A stretch of 64,000 nucleotides of DNA from a virus. Lineage: Duplodnaviria > Caudoviricetes. The translations under genes were made by a program, and so were the position numbers. The DNA lies in the IMG/VR virus record IMGVR_UViG_3300002220_003476, positions 1 to 64,000 of that record. The stretch is one strand, 5' to 3'. Shown piece after piece: positions 56,734 to 64,000 of the stretch. The notes beneath the pieces were generated by a model. The model made no database searches. It was not told the origin of the DNA and saw only the letters and a list, made by a program, of their open reading frames with translations. How positions within the stretch are numbered: the first letter of the stretch is position 1; each line of letters begins with the position of its first letter.

Positions 56734-57194
56734 TGTGTGATATACACAAAAAACATAATTATTTTGCAAAAGTGGTATTAATAGATGATACATCATTATC
56801 TGTATGGTTTCCAAGAAACGTTTTTCTTAACTACGTAGAAAAAGGTGTAATATTAATACATGATAAAAACACTGGTCTAGTTATTATAGATGATAAAAAA
56901 GAAATAGAAATACAATGCCCAGAATATATGATTCGACCTCTTATACATAAAAGTATTGTAGGTTCTGCTGCTATTAGAGGCATGTCTATAGAACTAATAG
57001 ATGATTTAGAAGCAATTATGTCTATAATAGAACCAGAAGAAAAAGAAAAAGAGCAAGAGTTGTTAAATCATTATGTTGCATATATAGATAATTTGCAAGA
57101 AGAAGATTTAAATGATAATATGATCACAAATATTGGCTTATCTGACTTATCAGACGATCTAAAACAGTTACTATTAGAGGATGTATTTGTATGA
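56733..57194 (+). CDS. hypothetical protein
   Basis: ORF. Confidence 0.5.
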   Translation: MCDIHKKHNYFAKVVLIDDTSLSVWFPRNVFLNYVEKGVILIHDKNTGLVIIDDKKEIEIQCPEYMIRPLIHKSIVGSAAIRGMSIELIDDLEAIMSIIEPEEKEKEQELLNHYVAYIDNLQEEDLNDNMITNIGLSDLSDDLKQLLLEDVFV

Positions 57195-58732
57195 AAATAT
57201 TACTAGTCAATCAAAGTAGTTTTATTTCTACTGGTTATGGTATTATGGGTAAAGAATTTTTAACAAGAGCTTCAAAAGAATATGAAGTAGCTGAATTAGC
57301 TTGCGATACACACCATAATCATCCAATGATATCACAAGTACCTTGGAAAGTTTACCCAAATTTACCACTAGACAATGAAAAACAAGAATATGAATCTAAT
57401 AGAGTTAATACATATGGTAGATGGAAATTTGAAAAAATATGTCTAGAATTTAAGCCTACTCATGTCATTAGCTGGCGTGACAATTGGATGGATTCTTTTA
57501 TTGGTAGATCTCCACTTAAAAAATGCTACAATTGGATTTATATGCCAACTATTGATGCTCCGGGGCAAGATAAAGAGTGGTTACATGATTATACGTTAGC
57601 GGATTCATTAATAACTTACCAAAACTGGAGTAAAAATCAGCTTGACTTAGAATCTGGTGGTAGAATTAATACTAAAGTAGGTTCTATAGGCTCTTATATG
57701 CATCCGTTGTCAAACAGGTTAGAATTAAAAGAAAAACTTGGACTGGGTGGAGTTGTTATTGGTACTGTTATGCGTAATCAAGGACGAAAACGTTTTCCAG
57801 AACTATTTAGAGCATTCAAGAGAATTTTAGAAAAACACCCTAATACTATTTTATATTGCCATACTTCACATCCAGATATGGATGGCTGGAATATACCTAG
57901 ATATTTATTAGAATATAATATACAAAATAATGTAGTATTTACTATGTATTGTCAAAATTGTCAAGACACTTGGCCATCAAGATATAAAGGTAAGTTATCA
58001 CATTGTCCAAATTGTAAACAAAAATCTGCCGTAATGTCAACCGCCGCAAAAAGTCTGACAAACGAACAAATGAATATAATGTATAACTTGTTTGATATTT
58101 ATGTTCAATTCTCAAATTGCGAAGGTTTTTCGATCCCTATATTAGAATCATCTATGGCCGGTACTCCAGTATTATACACAGATTATTCTGCAATGGTTGA
58201 CGTTGGTAAAAGATGTGGCGGTAAACCTTTAAATATTAATTGTGATTACAGAGAGCCTCATTCTGAAAGATGGTTTGCCGCCCCTTCTGAAGATAATTTA
58301 GTTAGTGAAATAAATAGATTCATTAATATGAATGAAGAAGAAAAACAGCAATGGAGAAAATCAAGTCACGAAAAAGCAAGTGCAGAATTTTCATGGGATA
58401 AGTTTTACCAAACAATAAAGGGCGAGATTACTGGACTTAAACCTAGAAGTTATGATTGTCCTCCAGATATCAAAAATCCACAACCTTTTCCTTCTTTCAA
58501 GATGACGAACTCACAGTTTGTTAGATGGTGTATTGAAAATGTTCTTTATGAACCAGAAAAAATTAACACTTATTTTGAGGCGAGAATTCTAGAGGAATTA
58601 GAATCTACAGTTAGACACACTGGAACTTCATTTATAAATATTAATCCTAAATTAATTTATGATGAAATGTGCAAAATAAGAAATTACACTAATATGTTGG
58701 AAAGTTATAGATGTCAAAAGTCCTCTACTTAA
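57191..58732 (+). CDS. glycosyltransferase family 4 with zinc-ribbon insertion
   Basis: STGYG, RNQGRKR, CQNC...CPNC, EGFSIPILESSMAGTP. Confidence 0.85.
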   Translation: MKILLVNQSSFISTGYGIMGKEFLTRASKEYEVAELACDTHHNHPMISQVPWKVYPNLPLDNEKQEYESNRVNTYGRWKFEKICLEFKPTHVISWRDNWMDSFIGRSPLKKCYNWIYMPTIDAPGQDKEWLHDYTLADSLITYQNWSKNQLDLESGGRINTKVGSIGSYMHPLSNRLELKEKLGLGGVVIGTVMRNQGRKRFPELFRAFKRILEKHPNTILYCHTSHPDMDGWNIPRYLLEYNIQNNVVFTMYCQNCQDTWPSRYKGKLSHCPNCKQKSAVMSTAAKSLTNEQMNIMYNLFDIYVQFSNCEGFSIPILESSMAGTPVLYTDYSAMVDVGKRCGGKPLNINCDYREPHSERWFAAPSEDNLVSEINRFINMNEEEKQQWRKSSHEKASAEFSWDKFYQTIKGEITGLKPRSYDCPPDIKNPQPFPSFKMTNSQFVRWCIENVLYEPEKINTYFEARILEELESTVRHTGTSFININPKLIYDEMCKIRNYTNMLESYRCQKSST

Positions 58733-59781
58733 GTCACTTTTATGATCATTCGTCTTGGGCAACAGCAGCAGAAGATTACATAAAAGCTATAGAAAAACAT
58801 GGCGAGGTTGTTTGTAGACCCGTCATAATTCACGGAAATAAACAGCCAACAGATTATATAAAATCAAAAGAGGGCAGTTTAGATGGTGTAACTCACGTTA
58901 TACAACATGTAATACCAGAACATATCGAATACAATGGGGACTTTCATTGCGTTGGAATAGGTATTTTAGAAACTGATTCTTGTCATATTACGGGGTGGGA
59001 TCAGAAATTTGATATGCTAGATATGTGGACCCCAACAAAATATCATGCTAATAAATTTAATTGGAAATATGTTCCACACACAACAGATGTTTCTAAATAT
59101 GAAAAAGATTATGGTAATGTATTAAAATATCTTAACGATCAATATGTATTCTATACTATAGCAGAATTCAATACTAGAAAAAGATTAACTGCTACTATTC
59201 GTGCCTATCATCTAGCTTTTAATAATGATGATCAAGCAACTTTAATAGTAAAAACCAACAAACTTGGACAGTCTGCACAACAAACACTAAATCTGTGTCA
59301 AAAAGTAAATGAACAAATTAAAGCAGAGCTTCATGCGTATGGAAAATATAATAGATTTAAAGATCCAATTTTTATTACAGAGCGAGTTGATGAAAACACA
59401 ATAATGTCCCTACATCAAAATGCCGATTGTTTTCTTCTTTCATCTTATGGAGAAGCTTTTTGTATGCCTTGTTTTGACGCATTAGGATTTGGTAATTATG
59501 TTATTGCTAATAAAGTGCCTGGAGTTGAAGATTATTTAAGTACGGCTAATGCATCATTAATAAATAATACACTTAGCCCGTGTTTTGGAGCAGAACAATA
59601 TATTCAAGATATTCACTCAAGTAGGGAAAACTGGTGGGATATGGATGTATTAGAAATGTCTGAACAAATGAGATTTGTTTATGAGTCCAAGCTTCAAAAA
59701 ACAGACCTTAATAAAAACATAGTTAAACAATATGACTACGATAATATAGGCAAATTAATATGGAATTATTTGGATTCTTAA
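58711..59781 (+). CDS. glycosyltransferase family 4
   Basis: RKR...I.AY, SYGEAFCMPCFDALGFG. Confidence 0.85.
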   Translation: MSKVLYLSHFYDHSSWATAAEDYIKAIEKHGEVVCRPVIIHGNKQPTDYIKSKEGSLDGVTHVIQHVIPEHIEYNGDFHCVGIGILETDSCHITGWDQKFDMLDMWTPTKYHANKFNWKYVPHTTDVSKYEKDYGNVLKYLNDQYVFYTIAEFNTRKRLTATIRAYHLAFNNDDQATLIVKTNKLGQSAQQTLNLCQKVNEQIKAELHAYGKYNRFKDPIFITERVDENTIMSLHQNADCFLLSSYGEAFCMPCFDALGFGNYVIANKVPGVEDYLSTANASLINNTLSPCFGAEQYIQDIHSSRENWWDMDVLEMSEQMRFVYESKLQKTDLNKNIVKQYDYDNIGKLIWNYLDS

Positions 59782-59941
59782 ATAAATATGATATAAAGTA
59801 TACATTTTCCGGTAGTGGTAATTATTCTACATTACCTCTTAATAAAGCTCCATGACACCTGAAGAAATAATAGATAACTACTATTTAGTAGAACTTATAA
59901 GATTCATAAAAATTCTTAGACAAAAAATTAGAATGAAATAA
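59760..59941 (+). other. two tiny coupled ORFs (59760-59855, 31 aa; 59852-59941, 29 aa)
   Basis: Manual translation; joined by an ATGA overlap; fill the gap. Confidence 0.3.
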
Positions 59942-59942
59942 C

Positions 59943-60647
59943 ATGTGGAACATACCTCAAAATAATTATACAAAATATTTACAAGCATGTGAAGAAGCCT
60001 GTTCTTTTGGTTTTGATACATTTAAACAAGATCCAAATTATACTAACATACTTGAACACGTAAACCCAGTCCAAGGTATGGAATATTATTCATACATACC
60101 TGATGGTAGATTTTTAGAACAATTTAAAGAAAATGATATTTATGGATCTCCAACATTAATTGATACACCATTAGGAAAAATATCTCCAACAACATTGAGA
60201 TATACCAAACAAGCTTTAGAAATTAAAGATTTATTTAATTATAGGTCTATAGTTGAAGTTGGTGGTGGATATGGAGGCCTATGTAAAACTCTACATGTTC
60301 TCGGTTGGAAAACTTATTCGATTGTAGATTTAGAACAACCTATTAAGTTAACTGAAAAATACTTAGATAAATTTAAAATTAAAACAGATCTATATACTCC
60401 TGTACCAGTTTTAAAAGCAGATTTATTTATAAGTAACTACGCATTTTCAGAATGTAATGGAGATCTTCAAGAAGAATATTTTGATAAAATAATTAAAAAT
60501 TGCAACCAAGTATATATTACTCATAATACAACTTATTCACAAGATTATCCAGTATTTATGGATAGATGTAAAAAGATTTTTAAAATACAAGAACAAATGG
60601 AGCCTATTTCTAATACAAATAGTATGATTTTATGCATGTACAAATAA
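59943..60647 (+). CDS. putative sugar O-methyltransferase
   Basis: PTTLRY, VEVGGGYGG, IVDL, ISNYAFSE. Confidence 0.75.
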   Translation: MWNIPQNNYTKYLQACEEACSFGFDTFKQDPNYTNILEHVNPVQGMEYYSYIPDGRFLEQFKENDIYGSPTLIDTPLGKISPTTLRYTKQALEIKDLFNYRSIVEVGGGYGGLCKTLHVLGWKTYSIVDLEQPIKLTEKYLDKFKIKTDLYTPVPVLKADLFISNYAFSECNGDLQEEYFDKIIKNCNQVYITHNTTYSQDYPVFMDRCKKIFKIQEQMEPISNTNSMILCMYK

Positions 60648-60970
60648 ATAAAGAATGGGGACACTATAAGGATATTTTTAGAGACAGTAAAGTAGTTTTT
60701 AAAGAACTAGTAGTTCACCCAAATGAAGAAATGTCATATCAATACCACAATAAAAGAACAGAATTTTGGTTCGTTTATATTGGAACAGCAACTATAACTA
60801 TTGATGGTAGAGAGTTTAATTTGAATGAAGGAAAAAGTATAACAATACTTCCTTATACAAGACATCGTATAGCTAATAGAACGAGTTTACCGCTGATTGT
60901 GTTTGAAATGCAATGCGGTGAATGTTCAGAAGAAGATATTGTTAGACTAGAGGACAAATACGGAAGATGA
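60632..60970 (+). CDS. mannose-6-phosphate isomerase-like cupin (ManC C-terminal type)
   Basis: KEWG.Y, SYQYH..R.E.W, HRI.N, E.Q.G...EEDIVRLED.YGR. Confidence 0.88.
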   Translation: MHVQINKEWGHYKDIFRDSKVVFKELVVHPNEEMSYQYHNKRTEFWFVYIGTATITIDGREFNLNEGKSITILPYTRHRIANRTSLPLIVFEMQCGECSEEDIVRLEDKYGR

Positions 60971-61410
60971 ATTATTATTTAGAATATGAAGCTATATCTT
61001 TAGTTGAAGACGCTGTAGAGTTATCTCTGATAAAAACATTAAAAGATTGTGACTTCTGTCCTATGGCTCCATTATATGATTTTTTAGACGGTGCCGAAGA
61101 CTGTAAGTGGGAAGATCACGAATTAGATTTAACATTATTATCAAAAACTTTTCCTGAGTATGAGTTTATTCTTACTATAGTAGGAGAGCATGTTGTTACT
61201 AAGTCTTTCATAGACGGTAGAAAAATAGGTGAATTTAATGGAGGGCTTCTAAAACAATATGGCAAATTAAGATTTGTTGACGATGTAGCATATGCTATTC
61301 CTGATTATTTAATTGAACGTTTTGATCTATTACGTAAAAAGGGTGAATTAGAACAGTTCGAGGAATATATCGTTGATCCCCAAGAAATTAGAGTTGTGTG
61401 TCCAATATGA
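60967..61410 (+). CDS. hypothetical protein
   Basis: ORF. Confidence 0.5.
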   Translation: MNYYLEYEAISLVEDAVELSLIKTLKDCDFCPMAPLYDFLDGAEDCKWEDHELDLTLLSKTFPEYEFILTIVGEHVVTKSFIDGRKIGEFNGGLLKQYGKLRFVDDVAYAIPDYLIERFDLLRKKGELEQFEEYIVDPQEIRVVCPI

Positions 61411-61595
61411 TACGATTAAAGAACAAAGATAGCGAATTATTAAACCCAATACTACTTTGTAGTATAATTATACTTATACTTTTTGTTTTTTACGCATTAT
61501 TGACAATAACAAATAAACAACGTGAAACAAATCAAATCCTACAAGAGATACATAAACAAATAAATCATGTATGTGATCATGAAGAAAAAGAGTGA
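61398..61595 (+). CDS. small single-pass membrane protein
   Basis: One hydrophobic segment. Confidence 0.5.
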   Translation: MSNMIRLKNKDSELLNPILLCSIIILILFVFYALLTITNKQRETNQILQEIHKQINHVCDHEEKE

Positions 61596-61611
61596 ATAAG
61601 GATAGATAAAG

Positions 61612-62121
61612 ATGAATCAAGACTGTATACCATATAAAGAATCATTTGGTTATTCAAAATATAAAATAGTAATTTGCAGTGGATTCCTAAACCCGGTCCA
61701 TTCTGGCCATATTGATTATCTAGAATCAGCAAAAAAACTAGGAGATAGACTCATAGTAATAGTAAACTCTGACCATCAAGTAAAAATTAAAGGTTCTGTT
61801 CCATTTATGAATGAAAAAGAACGACTAAGAATAGTTCAAGCATTAAAGCCCGTAGATCAAGCTATTTTATCAATAGATAAAGATGGCACGGTATGCGAAA
61901 CACTATCATCTCTACATACACTCTTCCTTCAAGATATTATGCATAATGATTTTGAGTTAATATTTGCCAATGGCGGAGATAGAAAGTTAGGTAATACTCC
62001 TGAAGAAGAATTTTGCAAAAAAGTTGGTATTAAAACTGTATATTCTATTGGAGGTGATAAAACTCAATCTTCTAGTGAGATATTAAAGAAAGTTAAAAAT
62101 GAATTATATATACAAAGCTAA
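61612..62121 (+). CDS. cytidylyltransferase family (TagD/RfaE-II-like)
   Basis: SGFLNPVHSGH (HxGH), VIVNSD, ER, ANGGDR, SSS. Confidence 0.88.
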   Translation: MNQDCIPYKESFGYSKYKIVICSGFLNPVHSGHIDYLESAKKLGDRLIVIVNSDHQVKIKGSVPFMNEKERLRIVQALKPVDQAILSIDKDGTVCETLSSLHTLFLQDIMHNDFELIFANGGDRKLGNTPEEEFCKKVGIKTVYSIGGDKTQSSSEILKKVKNELYIQS

Positions 62122-62428
62122 TGTATTAAATGTAGTAGATGGAGATACAATTGATGTATCTATAGATTTAGGTTTTGGAACTTTTAGATCAGAACGACTA
62201 AGACTCTTTGGGATTAACGCTTGGGAAACTAAAGGTTGTGAAAGAGAACAAGGATTGATAGCTAAGGATTATCTGACACAATTAATACTAGACAAAAATA
62301 TCGTCATTCAAACATTTAAAGATAAGAAGGGTAAATACGGCAGATACCTAGCTCAAATTTATCTTGATGAACTAGATATAAATGCAGATCTAATTATTAG
62401 AGGACATGCGACTACTTATGGTGGATAA
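62099..62428 (+). CDS. thermonuclease (SNase) family protein
   Basis: VVDGDTI, RLFGINAWE, KYGRYLA. Confidence 0.9.
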   Translation: MNYIYKANVLNVVDGDTIDVSIDLGFGTFRSERLRLFGINAWETKGCEREQGLIAKDYLTQLILDKNIVIQTFKDKKGKYGRYLAQIYLDELDINADLIIRGHATTYGG

Positions 62429-62429
62429 A

Positions 62430-62927
62430 ATGATTAAACTAATTGTTGCTTTAGATCAAAACTTAGGCTTAGCTAAGGGTGGTAAAATACCTTGGCACTG
62501 TAAAGAGGATTTACAATTCTTTAAAGATACGACTTATGATTCTGTTGTTATTATGGGTAATAATACTTGGAAAACTTTATCTCATCAATTAGTAGATAGA
62601 ATAAATATTGTTATTAGAAATCAATATGAAGACAATTATCCAGTATTAGATGACAAGGGCTTAAGAATATATTCGCCTTCTATTGAATCAGCAATTAGAA
62701 TTGCAAAAAAAATATCAAAAAAAGATATATATATTATTGGTGGAAAATCTATTTATGAACAATGTCTTAAATTAAACATTATAGATGAGTGTATTATATC
62801 ATATTTAGACGCTGATTATAATTGTGATTTATTTTTAGAAGATGTTTCTAAATATGGATTTGAATTGTACAAAACAAAAGAGTTATCAACCTCATTAGAG
62901 GTTGTAGTTGGGTATTATACAAAATGA
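62430..62927 (+). CDS. folA: dihydrofolate reductase
   Basis: IPWHCKEDLQFFK, MG..TW, R.NIV, IIGGKSIY, D.F. Confidence 0.92.
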   Translation: MIKLIVALDQNLGLAKGGKIPWHCKEDLQFFKDTTYDSVVIMGNNTWKTLSHQLVDRINIVIRNQYEDNYPVLDDKGLRIYSPSIESAIRIAKKISKKDIYIIGGKSIYEQCLKLNIIDECIISYLDADYNCDLFLEDVSKYGFELYKTKELSTSLEVVVGYYTK

Positions 62928-63922
62928 CATCATATCAACAGATATTAAACAATATATTAAATAACGGAACATATAAACATCCAGTAAGATTTAATTCTGA
63001 TGGAAAGCCTGTTCCAGTTTCAAATGCAACTATTGGAACCTTTTGTGAAATTTTTAGACATGATATGTCTACAGGATTTTCTTTATTAACAACCAAAAAA
63101 ATGCCAATTAAAACTATTTGCGTGGAACTAGAGGGTTTCATCAATGGTATTACTGATAAGGAATGGTATAAAGATAGAGGGTGTAATATTTGGAACGAGT
63201 GGGCAAATCCTATTGAAGTAGACAAAGAATATATATATAGACTAAGATCATGTTTAGACTTAGGTGAGACACCAGAAACTAAAAACGAAGTAGCTGAATC
63301 AGAAACTGATCTGGGTCCAATTTATGGTTATCAATGGAGAAACTTTGCACAGCACTATGGAGAATGGGAGTTTGAAGATTATATAGATGGTGGATGCTGT
63401 CCAGCCACTGGGGAGTATCAACAGATAGATAATAGGAACGGTGTAGATTCTGGATTTGATCAACTTAAATCAATAGTCGATAAATTAAAAGAAAACCCCT
63501 ATGATCGTCGAATGGTTTGTTCTGCTTGGAATCCTAATCAAACCCATTTAATGGCCTTGCCCCCTTGTCATTATGCATTCACTGTGGTAGTATATGGTGA
63601 CAAGCTAAACCTTTGCTGGAAACAACGTAGTGTAGATACATTTTTAGGTTTACCATTTAATATAGCTAGTTATGCTATTTTACTTAAATTGTTAGCTAAA
63701 GAGTCTAACTTAAAAGAAGGAGAATTAGTAGGAGTTTTAGAAGATTGTCATATTTATGAAAATCATATTGATCAAATTAAAGAACAATTAACTAGAGAAC
63801 CTTATCAATTACCAACTTTAAATTTAACACATAATGGTAGTATTTTTGACTGGACCCACCAAGATATAGAATTAATCAATTATAATTATCATCCAGCAAT
63901 TAAAGCTGAGGTAACAGTTTGA
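62924..63922 (+). CDS. thyA: thymidylate synthase
   Basis: LGPIYGYQWR, RRM, MALPPCH, QRSVD..LGLPFN, D.HIYENH. Confidence 0.96.
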   Translation: MTSYQQILNNILNNGTYKHPVRFNSDGKPVPVSNATIGTFCEIFRHDMSTGFSLLTTKKMPIKTICVELEGFINGITDKEWYKDRGCNIWNEWANPIEVDKEYIYRLRSCLDLGETPETKNEVAESETDLGPIYGYQWRNFAQHYGEWEFEDYIDGGCCPATGEYQQIDNRNGVDSGFDQLKSIVDKLKENPYDRRMVCSAWNPNQTHLMALPPCHYAFTVVVYGDKLNLCWKQRSVDTFLGLPFNIASYAILLKLLAKESNLKEGELVGVLEDCHIYENHIDQIKEQLTREPYQLPTLNLTHNGSIFDWTHQDIELINYNYHPAIKAEVTV

Positions 63923-64000
63923 AAAAGTTAGAAGCATTCAGAATATGAATTTATATGAAGAAGAGTTATACACAGAAGATTTAATTAATTATCTAAAAAA

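Noticed and set aside
3882-63225. Minus-strand ORFs in the track (e.g. 7984-8370, 18443-18784, 45953-46261, 54422-54766) and alternate-frame ORF 16349-16543
   Set aside because: Shadows of well-supported plus-strand genes; no motifs or plausible RBS
1-64000. CRISPR array, rRNA, further tRNAs, intact IS elements, structural head/tail module
   Set aside because: No regularly spaced repeats, no other T-arm/acceptor combinations, and no transposase or capsid/terminase motifs seen by eye

Overview
AT-rich, gene-dense segment of a large dsDNA (jumbo-type) tailed phage genome; every credible protein gene is on the + strand, mostly joined by ATGA/TAATG overlaps. It carries a replication and nucleotide-metabolism core (DnaE-type polymerase in two genes, DnaQ-like exonuclease, DnaB, primase, RecA-like, SSB, DNA ligase, class II RNR, dUTPase, dCMP deaminase, dNMP kinase, DHFR, ThyA, PhoH), rIIA/rIIB, RNA repair genes (Pnkp, RNA ligase), an RlmN-like radical SAM enzyme, three nucleotidyltransferase-like genes and about ten glycosyltransferase or glycan-tailoring genes. 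Highlights read from the sequence: (1) the DNA ligase is fractured by a naturally split intein right after the catalytic KxDG motif, with a decayed Vsr-like homing endonuclease between the halves and non-canonical intein catalytic residues; (2) a tRNA-like element with a 44-nt variable arm and abnormal anticodon loop directly after the RNA ligase; (3) a roughly 240-nt structured antisense element, possibly a HEARO/omegaRNA-like remnant; (4) DnaE split into two genes without a split intein, three genes apart, with two cis inteins in the C-terminal half. All annotations come from motif recognition by eye; no database searches were run.
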